A DNA stretch of 64,000 nucleotides from assembly GCA_030390025.1 (NCBI GenBank), contig CM059425.1:170998001-171062000 (forward strand), given 5' to 3'. The position numbers were made by a program, and so were the translations under genes. Positions 26,106 through 37,022 of this stretch are shown piece by piece. Positions within the stretch are counted from its first letter, which is position 1; the number at the start of each line of letters is the position of its first letter. This stretch comes from Squalus acanthias. Lineage: Eukaryota. The notes beneath the pieces are model-generated. The model did not search any database and was not told where the DNA came from. It saw nothing but the letters and a program-made list of their open reading frames with translations.

Positions 26106-27817
26106 TACCGGGGGCTTGAACGAACCTTTACTAGATGACAATGGTTCCCTTTAACAGGGTTACTTAGGTTTATTACATTAGTTCCACAGACCAACTAAAA
26201 GGTAGAAATCAAATTTAAGGCTAGCTATGTAAGATTTCAGAGTGAATTTTTCAGTTATTCCAGAGAGCATTCCACTCATTTACAGAAATGTGCTTGTGAG
26301 ATTACAAATCCTGCCACCTGATGTTAGATATTTAGTCTGTGTGTTTTATTTTAATCCTGGTCATCACTTTTACTTTGATTCTAATTGATTTTGCTGCTGG
26401 AATGGAAATTTGCTTCTGACAGTTACAGCCACTGGTTACAATTTGTCTTCTATGAAAAATAATAAATTAAATTTGAGCCCAACAAAAGAAACATTAATCT
26501 TAAACATCACAATTTAATACTCATAGGCATCAACAGACCAGAGTGAGACTGTGAAAGAAAGCACCCTATCGTTTTCTATCAACTGGGACTAAATTCTACT
26601 GGATTACTTTTGTGTTCTGCAAATTACTTCACAATTCACCAATTTACATAAATGCACTCATCTTGATAAAGGTAAACTTTGTTATGAATCCCATCCAAAG
26701 CATTAACCTTGTTTTTGCTCTCAGATGCTGATCGACCTGCTGCGGTTTCCTAACTCTTGCCGAATGATGATCACAAAGGATCTTCATCTCGAGAGTCGAC
26801 GCTCATTGTCAGTTTTTGTTTAAAAAACTTTTTTTTTTTTTAAGTTTGGAAAGTCTCTCGCTAGAATGTGGACTTATTTTCAGCCAGCAGAAAACTGCAC
26901 TGTGAATGAAATGGCACCGAATGATTTCATTAATTCAAGAGCCAAAAGCAATATGCACCACATCACTGCTGCCATTACCTAGTGGCAGGATATAAAAGAG
27001 GGTCAACGTGGAGGGATTATTACACAGCAATAATAGCAGCAGTTTACGCCAGTGACTCTAAAGCACCTGCCATTCCTTTCTGCTGTCCACAACAGTCTTA
27101 CTATAGCCTCTCCTCATCCTCTTGTAATTTGACTTGACAATATATCACTACAGAGTGCACAAATAAACTATGCAGAATAATGCAGGAATAACACTGCTTT
27201 AAAATGTAAAATCATACTGTATCTATCCTGTGACTATTTTTATTGTTGGGCATAAACTTATAAAATTAAAAGGCAACTTATAAAATGATGTACATGATCA
27301 AAAACCTTGAATCATCTTAAAAGTTTGCTTTGGTGTGTAATGTTATAGTGCACAGTAACAAGGAAATAATCTCGGATACTGAATTGCAATTAATGCACAA
27401 TAATGCTGTTTTATTTCTCTCAAAATGAAATATGGCTAATTTTAGGCTTGGAATGTGTGGTTTATGTGAGGAGGATGGGCCATCCTCACCTTGTTCAGAA
27501 ATAAAACACTGTGTGAAGCACTAATAAGCTGGAAAACGGCATCATTTCCTTAAAAAAAAAATCATAATTTACAACAGCTGATTTAATAAATCTACAAAAA
27601 TAGCAGAAGTTTATGAGATTGTAAAATGTAATATCATATTGTCCTATGACCGTATTTTTATTTCTTGTTTAAAGCCAAGAGACAACTTATAAAATGATGT
27701 ACTTGACCAATAACCTTGAAGAGTCTTAAAAGTTTATAAAATAAAAATAATCATTTAAGGTATTACTGTACTTGCTTCCACACTCTAATTATTTCTTGAT
27801 ACTGATACTATATGTTA

Positions 27818-28230
27818 GGACCGATTTTAACTGCGGGCGCTGGATCATCCTGCCCACCGGAGCGTGACGCCCGGAAGACTTTAACTCCCGGCCCATATTT
27901 GCACGCCTCAACTTTGAAGCCCACCCGAAGCCGATGCGAATGATGTCACTGCCAGCGGGCGGGCGGCAAAATTGGTGGGGGGATAGGCCGCTGCTGGGGA
28001 CCCTCGGAAATGGTCCCCAGCATGGTAAGGTGGGATGTTTGAAGGGGGGGGGGGTGGCAGCGTTGGCAAGTCTGCATTCGGGGGAGATGGGGCGGGGGGG
28101 AGGCCCGGGGCGGGTAGGTCCAAGGTGTCATTATGGGGCCAGGATAGTCATTCCTGTTCCGCCTGGCCCACAAGGAACCTTCAAAAACTAAAAGAAAATG
28201 AACATACTTGGTTCAGTGGAGCTATATCCT
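27818..28230. mobile_element. One-ended Harbinger-like MITE remnant
   Basis: Starts TTA|GGACCGATTTTAAC, has a GC-rich body, and no matching second terminus was found. Confidence 0.4.
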
Positions 28231-28239
28231 TCAAGTGAA

Positions 28240-28580
28240 GCATTAAACAAAGGCCCCGTCTCTTTGTTCTGGTGGTTTAGATGGACATCAAAAATCCCAT
28301 GGTATTATTTGACGAAGAACAGGAAATTCTCCTGATGTCCTGACCAATTTCTCCCTCTTCCACCACCACCAAAAACATATTAAAGGGCCCATTCATCTCA
28401 TTTGTGCATAACATGACTACACTATTTGTTCACATAACATCTAATAGAATATATAATTAACTGCTAAACTTTGAAGAAACATTCTTTCCATATTAATTTA
28501 GAGCTGCAAATTCATTGTGTGTGATATTTTGATATACTTCTAAGAGAAGTGGCAAAGTACTTTATTAATTCTAATTTTCT
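28240..28580 (+). mobile_element. Degraded DeuSINE-like copy interrupted by a 73-bp local duplication
   Basis: TTAAAC.AAGGCCCCGTC...AAAATCCCATGG...TCTCCTGATGTCCTGACCAA matches the 15378 copy. Confidence 0.6.
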
Positions 28581-28582
28581 GT

Positions 28583-28882
28583 GGAGATGTGATTGACACT
28601 GGCAAGGCAGTAGTTATTACCCATTCCTAGTTGCCCGGGGACCATCACAAGTCAACCAAACAGAGTGGAACTGGAATCACATGTAGGCCAGACCAATGGG
28701 GGTGACTGGCTCCCTTTGCTGAAGGGCATTAGTGAAACAATTGGGCTTTTACAGTAAGCCAGTAGCTTTCATAGTTATGTTACCAAGCTTTACTGAATTC
28801 ACTTTCAGAACCTACCATGGTGGAAATGGAATCAGGACCTCTGCTTTTCTAGGCCAGTAGCACAACCACTAGGTTACTATAC
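28583..28882 (-). mobile_element. Degraded copy of the tRNA-SINE seen at 62491-62913
   Basis: Reverse-complement blocks (TCACATGTAGGCCAGACCA, CATTAGTGAA, AACCACTA.G.TACT) match the 62491 element. Confidence 0.6.
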
Positions 28883-30644
28883 TGCAACAAATTTAAGTCT
28901 TACTTTTTTTTAACCCCAACTTGAAATATGCTCAGATTGAGTTGAACTTTCACCCTGTTCCACTCCTCTGCTCTTACATGGTCAGATTCTTGAATTTTGG
29001 TGAGGAACAAGTAAATGGTCAATCCACTAATGCATGGCATTAATTTGACTATGGATGTACATGCTGGCTTACGGGATTTCTAACAGAATATATAATTAAA
29101 TGCTAAACTTTGAAGAAACATTCTTTCCATATTAATTTAGAGCTGCAAATTAAAGGGAAAAAAGCAGCAAACAGTTTAAACTCCCACGTTGGTTGATATG
29201 AAGTCATTAATAAAGGTACGGATAGTTCACAAGTCAACACCATGGTGCACTGTGGAAGGTGTTACCCAATGTCAGGGCTTACTGCCTTGTTACTAATTGG
29301 AGGCGGTATCAGTGGCGGGGGTACTTAAATCAGCGGGAGACCAGGCAGTGCGGACCTAATTGGAGGCAGTATCAGCGGCGGCCAAACCATCGACGATTTC
29401 CAAAAAAACAAGGAGTAACGTCACAGGACAGCAGGTAGGTGATTGGTTGGTGAGTATTAAGGTTTTTTTTTTCTCTCTTTTCTCTCTAACCTAGGACAGT
29501 GGTTTAAACTAGGTGCGGGAAACTACAAAGTGCTGTATTAAATTTATAGCTTAACTAAAACTAATTAATATAACTATAAATAATCATTGAATAAAGACTT
29601 TAACGAATTAAATAAAGAAAATAAGGCTAGACTAAGATATGGCAGGGCAGGTTGTGTGTCTGGACTGCAGTATGTGGGAGTTGGTGGACAGCGAGACTGC
29701 CCCGAGCAAACACGCCTGCAGGAGATGTCTCCATCTCGAATCTCTCCGGCTCAGAGTCATTGAGCTGGAGTGCGAGTTGGAGACACTCCGACACATAATG
29801 GAGGGGGAGGAATTTCTGGACAGTTTTATCCAGAATGCAGTCACACCCCAGAGGAAAGCACAGGTTCAGGAAGGAAAGGGTGTGACTGCTAGGGAGACAG
29901 GTAGCGGGGATTTAGGAGAGGTTGAGAAGGAGGTCCCGCAGACACTGGTCCTGTCCAACAGGTACGATGTACTCGCTACCTGTGAGGACAAGGAGAAAGA
30001 CTGCAGGGAGGACAGCCACAATGCAGACCAAGGCACCGTGGCTCAGAAGGCTGTCCGGGGTGGCGGGGGGGGGGGAAAGCAGAATAGAAATGTCGCAGCG
30101 ATAGGGGACTCTATAATTAGGGGAATAGATAGCATCTTCTGCAGCCAAGAACGAGAATCCCGAAAGGTGTGTTGCCAGGGTAAGGGATATCTCACGGCAG
30201 CTGGAGAGGAACTTGGAAAGGGAGAGGGTAAATCCAGTTGTCGTGGTCCATGTTGGAACAAATGACATAGGGTAGGAACAGGGAGGTCCTGCTGAAAGAG
30301 TATCAGGAGTTAGGCTCTAAATTAAAAAGCAGGACCTCGAGTGTAATAATCTCTGGATTACTGCCCGAGCTACGTGCAGACTGTCATAGAAGCAGACAGA
30401 TCAGGAGAATTAACACGTGGCTAAAGGGCTGCGGTGGGAAAGAGGAGTTCCTTTTCATGGGACACTGGCACCAGTTCTGGGACAGGAAGGAGCTGTACCG
30501 ATGGGATGGGCTCCACCTGAACCGGGATGGGACCAGTGTCCTAGCGGAAAGGATAAATAGGGAGGTGGCAAAAGCTTTAAACTAGTAATACGGGGGGAGG
30601 ATTCTACAAGAAACGGAACCAGACTAATTATAAACAAAACAGGA

Positions 30645-32750
30645 AAACATAGAAACATAGAAGATAGGAGCAGGAGTAGGCCATTCGGCCCCTCGAGCCT
30701 GCTCCGCCATTTAATGAGGTCATGGCTGATCATCCAAATTCAGTACCCTGTCCCTGCTTTCTCCCCATATCCCTTGATCCCTTTAGCCTTAAGAAATATA
30801 TCTAACTCCTTCTTGAATATATTTGATGAATTGGCCTCAACTGCCTTTTGTGGTAGAGAATTCCACAGGTTCACCACTCTCTGGGTGAAGAAATTCCTCC
30901 TCATCTCTGTCCTATATGGCTTACCCCTTATCTTTAGACTGTGACCCCTGGTTCTGGACTCCCCCGCCATCGGGAACATCCTTCCTGCATCTAGTCTGTC
31001 TAGTCCTGTTAGAATTTTATAAGTTTCAATGAGATCCCCTCTCATTCTTCTAAACTCCAGCGAATATAAGCCCAATCGACCCAATCTCTCCTCATACGTC
31101 ATTCCTGCCATCCCATGTATCAGTCTGGTGAATCTTCGCTGCACTCCCTCCATGGCAAGAACATCCTTCCTCAGATAAGGCGACCAAAACTGCACACAAT
31201 ACTCAAGGTGTGGTCTCACCAAGGCCCTGTACAACTGCAGCAAGACATCCTTGCTCCTGTACTCGAATCCTCTTGCTATGAAGGCCAACATACCATTTGC
31301 CTTCTTAACCGCCTGCTGCACCTGCATGCTTACCTTCAGTGACTGGTGCACAAGGACACCCAGGTCTTGTTGCACTTCCCCTTCTCCCAATCTATTGCCT
31401 TTCAGATAATAATCTGCCTTCCTGTTTTTGCCACCAAAGTGGATAACCTCGCATTTATCCACATTATACTGCATCTGCCATGCATCTGCCCAATCACCCA
31501 ACCTGTCCAAATCATACTGGAGTTTCTCGGCATCCTCCTCACAACACACACGCCCACCCAGCTTTGTGTCGTCTGCAAACTTGGAGATATTACATCTAGT
31601 TCCCTCGTCTAGATCATTAATATATATTGTGAATAGCTGGGGTCCTAGCACCGATCACTGCGGTACCCCACTAGTCACTGCCTGCCACTCGGAAAAAGAC
31701 CCATTTATTCCAACTCTGCTTCTTGTCTGCCAACCAGTTCTCTATCCAAGTCAGTACCTTACCCCCAATCCCATGTGCTTTAACTTTACACGCTAATCTC
31801 TTATGCGGGACCTTATCGAAAGCCTTCTGAAAGTCCAAATACACCACATCCACTGGTTCTCCCTTATCTATTCTACCAGTTACATCCTCAAAAAATTCCA
31901 GTAGATTAGTCAAGCACGATTTACCTTTTGTAAATCCATGTTGACTTTGTCCGATCCTGTCACTGTTTTCCAAGTGCTCTGCTATTACATCTTTTATAAT
32001 GGACTCTAGCATTTTCCCCACTACCGATGTCAGGCTTACTGGTCTATAATTCCCCGTTTTCTCTCTACCACCTTTTTTAAATAGTGGGGTTACATTAGCT
32101 ATCCTTATATCCATGGGAACTGTGCCAGAGTCTATAGAATTTTGGAAGATGACCAGCAATGCATCTACTATTTCTAAGGCCACTTCCTTAAGTACCCTAG
32201 GATGTAGATTATCAGGCCCTGGGGATTTATCGGCCTTCAATCCCGTCAATTTCCCTAACACCATTTCCCTACAAATACTGATTTCATTCAGTTCCTCCCT
32301 CTCATTAGACCCTATGTTCCCCGACATCTCTGGGAGGTTATTTGTGTTCTCCTTTGCGAAGACAGAACCAAAGTATGTATTTGATTGGTCAGCCATTTCT
32401 TTGTTCCCCATTATAAATTCCCCTGATTCTGACTGCAAGGGACCTACGCTTGACTTCACCAATCTTTTTCTCTTCCATATCTATAGAAGCTTTTACAGTC
32501 AGTCTTTATGTTCCCTGCAAGCTTGCTCTCATACTCTATTTCCCCCATCTTAATTAATCCTTTTGTCCTCCTTTGCGGAATCCTAAACTGCTCCCAATCC
32601 TGCTTTTTCTGGCCAATTTATATGTCCTCTCCTTGGATCTTATGCTATCCCTAATTTCCCTCGTTAGCCACGGTTGCGCCACCTTTTTTGTTTTATTTTT
32701 ATGCCAGACAGGGATGAACAAATTCTGTAGTTCATCCATGTGATCTTTAA
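30645..32750 (-). mobile_element. 5'-truncated CR1 inserted antisense into the inter-ORF region of the host CR1
   Basis: ORFs 31671-32462 and 30740-31651 with CR1 RT motifs and a (TTTCTATG)n tail. Same subfamily as 13120-15128. Confidence 0.95.
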
Positions 32751-32853
32751 AAGACAGCATAGGAAAGAATAACGTAAGGGAGGGCATTAATGGCAAGGGA
32801 ATAAATAGTTATAGAACAGGAGACTAAAAAGACAGTTAAACATAAAGTGAGAG

Positions 32854-33080
32854 TGACATGAATCTGTCATTCATGAAAGAAAGACTTATGAAATAATACT
32901 GAGTGGCCTGCGGGTGGCGCTGTCCAGGGAGAGTATAAATACTCGGGCACAGGCCCAGCTTGCGCAGGACATTCTTAACGGGAACTAGAGAAGGACACAA
33001 CTAGACCTCCATGTTGTAAAACAGTTAATTAAAGCTTTGTTTAACACTTAGACCAAGTGCCTAGTAGTTTTCTTACGTCA
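32854..33080 (+). mobile_element. Solo LTR, 227 bp, with 5-bp TSD
   Basis: Termini TGACAT...ACGTCA (TG...CA with a short inverted repeat). TSD GAGAG at 32849-32853 and 33081-33085. TATAAAT at 32934-32940 and ATTAAA at 33028-33033, in LTR order. Confidence 0.85.
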
Positions 33081-36000
33081 GAGAGGAAATCCTATTAAAA
33101 ATGAGTTAAACTGTCTGTACAGCAATGCACACAGTGTCCGTAATAAAACAGGGGAGCTGGAGGCAATCATGTGTTGCGAGGAACCAGACATAGTAGGGAT
33201 TACTGAGCCATGGCTACAGAAAAATCAGGACTGGGAATTAAACATTGCAGGGTGTAACATATTTAGAAAAGATAGAGAGGGGAAAAGGGGAGGTGGAGTA
33301 GCTGTATTTATTAGGGATAACATAGCTACCAGCAAGACAAAAATAGAATCAATATGGATAGAGATAAAAGATAATAAAGGACCAATCACACTAATAGGTG
33401 GAATACTGGAAGGGAGGTGGAGGAAGAAATACGCAGACAAATTAGGGAAATGAGTAAAAAAGGGAATAATAATCATGGGAGATTTCAACTACCCCGATAT
33501 TAATTGGACAGAAGAGGTAGGTAAAGGGGATAAGGGAATGGAGTTCCTACAATGTGTACAGGACTCCTTTCTAACCCAATATGTAAAAAGCCCAACAAGG
33601 GAGGATTCGCTATTGGATCTAGTAATGGGGAATGAACCAGAGCAGATAAGAGAAGTAAAAGTATGGGAACATCTAGGCAATAGTGACCATAATATAATAC
33701 GCTTTAAGATTATAATTGAGAAGGACATAAGTATGACAAAAACTAGGGTAATAGATTGGAGAAAAGCTGATTTTGAGGGGCCGAGAATGGAACTTGAGAA
33801 AATAAAATGGGCAACAATATTGGCAAACAACGATGTAGAACAGCAATGGGAAACATTTAAAACAGTGTTCGACAGAGTGCAGGAACAATATAATCGCTAA
33901 AAGGAAAGAACAAACTAAGCACTAATGAGACTCCATGGATGAATAAAGCCATAAGGGAACAATTGAGGGTAAGGAAAGAGGCATACATTAAGCACATAGA
34001 CAGCAGGGGAGTTCATGATAAGGGGGAATATGAAGAGATTAGGAGAGAAGTCAAAAAAACAATTAGGGAGGCAAAGAGGAACTATGAAATTAAATTATCA
34101 AGGAACATAAAATAAAATAGTAAAATATTTTACAGGCACATCAATAAAAAAAAGGAAAGTTGGGATGGGAATTGGGCCATTAAGGGATAGACAGGATAAT
34201 ACCACAGGTAACGATAGAGAGATGGCAGAAATATTAAATAATTATTTTGCTTCAGTATTTACCAGGGAGATAGAACAGGTGGACATGACATTGGATGATG
34301 AAATTAGTAATGAGATAAGTGCATTTAAAATAAAAAGAGGGGATATATTAAATAAACTAATCAAACTCAAAGAGGATTAAACCGCTGGTCCGAATGGATT
34401 GCATCCACGCATTTTAAAAGAATCTAGGGAAGAGATAGCAGAGGCATTACTACACATATTTAATAATTCGTTAGAAAAAGGTGTAGTGCGAGAGGACTGG
34501 CGGATAGCTAATGTAATACCGATATTTAAGAGGGATAGAACATGTCCAGGGAATTATAGAGCAGTCAGCTTAACATCGGTGGTAGGAAAAATAATGGAAG
34601 AACATCTAGAAACCAAAAATATAATGAATAGTCAGCATGGATTTCAAAAGGGAAACTCTTGCTTGACCAACCTCACTGAATTTTTTGAAGAGGTAACAGA
34701 GAGAGTAGACAATGGTAATGCAGTAGGTGTAATTTATCTAGATTTTCAAAAGGCCTTCGATAAGGTACCCCATAATAGACTGATGAACAAGGTCAGAGAT
34801 TGCAGGAGTCAGGGGACAAGTAGCAGAATGGATTGCTAGCTGGCTTCAAGACAGAAAGCAGAGAGTGGGAGTAAAGGGTAGCTATTCACAGTGGCAGAAG
34901 GTGGGTAGTGGTGTTCCACAAGTCTCAGTGCTGGGACCACTGCTGTTCACAATTTACATTAACGATTTAGACTTTGGAATCAAAAACACAATTTCTAAAT
35001 TTGCGGATGACACCAAATTGGGGGGGGATAGTCTATACTGAGGAGGACTGCAACAAGTTACAGGAGGGCATTAATAAACTTGCAGATGGGCATATAATTG
35101 GCAAATGAAGTTCAACACACATTTTGGTAGGAAGAATAGTGAGGTCACTTATTACTTGAAGGGTACGAGTCTAGGTGGGGTAGAGGAACAAAGGGATCTA
35201 GGAGTACAAATACACAAATCACTAAAAGTTGTGACACAGGTTAACAAGGCCATAAAAAAGCAAACCAAGCACTAGGGTTTATTTCTAGAGGGATAGAATT
35301 GAAAAGTAAGGAAGTTATGCTAAACCTGTATCGAACCTTCTAAATTTGCGTACAGTTCTGGTCGCCATATTGTAAAAAGGATATAGAGGCACCAGAGAGG
35401 GTGCAGAGAAGATTTACAAGGATGATACCAGAAATGCGAGGGTATACATATTAGCAAAGGATGAACAGGCTGGGTTTCTTTTCTCTTGAAAAAAGGCTGA
35501 GGGGTGACCTAATAGAGGTCTTTAAAATTATGAAAGGTTTTGATAGAGTGGAGACAGAGAGAATCCTTCCACTTGTGGGGAAGAGCATAAGTAGAGGCCA
35601 TCAATATAAGATAGTCACCAAGAAATCCAATAGGGAATTCAGAAGAAACTTCTTTACCCAAAGAGTGGTGAGAATGTGGAACTCGCTGCCACAGGGAGTG
35701 GTTGAAGCAAATAGTATAGATGCATTTAAGGGGAGGCTAGACAAGCATATGAGGGAGAAGGGAATAGAGGGTTATGCTGATAGATTTCGATGAAGAAAGA
35801 CAGGAGGAGGCTCGAGTGGAGCATAAACGCCGGCATGGACTGGTTGGGCCGAATGGCCTGTTTCTGTGCCGTATATCCTATGTAATCCTATGTCATCTGC
35901 AGCACAACTGAACATGCCTAGTTGTGCTCCAGTCTCTCACAGAAAATATTACCATGTTACTCCAGGGAAGACTAAGCTTCTGTAAGTGAGAGCAGCATTT

Positions 36001-36221
36001 ATGAATATGGAACAGATGGGCCTTCTGCAAGCCTGCTCTAGAAGAGTAAAAACAAAACTTGCAGCCTAGTTTTTCCATTTATAGAAACTATCCAGAGACT
36101 TTTCACACAGCAGCAATACAAATGTCATAAAATGATGATTGGTTTGATTTATTTAGTTTCACTGGATTAAATGGTAAATGACCTTCGCTACAATCTATTT
36201 CTAAAACCGTGTCAACATAAT

Positions 36222-37022
36222 GGTCTGGATTTTGCAGTCAGTGGCGAAGGGTCAGCGCTCACTGCTGACCCGAGTAAAGCTGTCCACAAAGATTTAGCAG
36301 GCTCTGTGGTGTTAATTTCACCTATTAAGACGTCAATTTAATTCTGGCACCATCTATAGGGGATCTCTGGCATCCAGGAACAGTGAAGTCATCAAGCAGG
36401 CTGAGCAGCCAATCAGATTGAAGAATTCTCACAGACAGCAAACCAGGAAGTAAAAAGCACTGATTATCATTCACTTTTGAATTATTTTACAGAGAGCGAA
36501 ATAAAGATTGGGACATACACATGGGATTAAGGTAGAAGCTGAAATATCATAAACAAATTAAAAAAAATAAAATTAAAATTAATTTTTTTTTAATCTACAG
36601 AATCTCCACACTTAATAAATTTATTTTTCAGGGCCAAAGAGATTGCGCTCCAGAGTCACCGAGACGCGAACGAGGGGCAAATGCTCGGAGCATCCCCTCC
36701 CACCGATCTTGTGCTTCCAGTTTCTGTGGGTGGTGATTTTTCCCAGACCTAGGAGCAGGCCCGACCAGGAAGTCCTTCGACCTGCTCGCGCCCCTGCACA
36801 CAGGGTGACCAAGTGTGTGAAGAGATCGGACAGGATTGCTGCACAAGCCTGAGCCTCCTCGATGCACCTTACCGAGTCAGGGCCTAATGCAAACTTTGCA
36901 TCTCAGGTGGATCTGGCCACGAGGTGGATACAAGCTCAAGACATCCGGCCACTGCAGCAGGGCACTGGTGGCTGCTGCAGGTCAGAGGAGAAAGAAGGAG
37001 GGGACTCACATAAAATACCCTC
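36222..37022. mobile_element. Harbinger-like non-autonomous element(s), degraded or composite
   Basis: Left terminus GGTCTGGATTTTGC resembles the terminal inverted repeats (TIRs) at 47227-47242 and 53203. Right end is only weakly supported. Confidence 0.4.

Larger units (their letters stand above)
29272..35893 (+). mobile_element. Near full-length decayed CR1 LINE (5' UTR, ORF1, ORF2, 3' tail) with two nested insertions
   Basis: ORF1 starts at 29639 with CxxC...CxxC, a coiled-coil segment and an esterase-like IGDSIIR motif. ORF2 starts near 33100 with APE motifs (CLYSNAHS, GITEPW, GDFN, LDL, SDH) followed by RT. Many stops and frameshifts. Tail is (ATCCTATGT)2. The 5' UTR has a 26-bp direct repeat at 29293-29318 and 29356-29381. 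Confidence 0.92.

Noticed and set aside
29639..30265. 208-aa zinc-finger ORF as a host gene
   Set aside because: It is CR1 ORF1, frameshifted after the GDS motif and embedded in the LINE.
29268..35895. ATGTCA as TSD of the large CR1
   Set aside because: It is only 6 bp and overlaps the tail repeat, and the 5' boundary is uncertain, so it could be chance.
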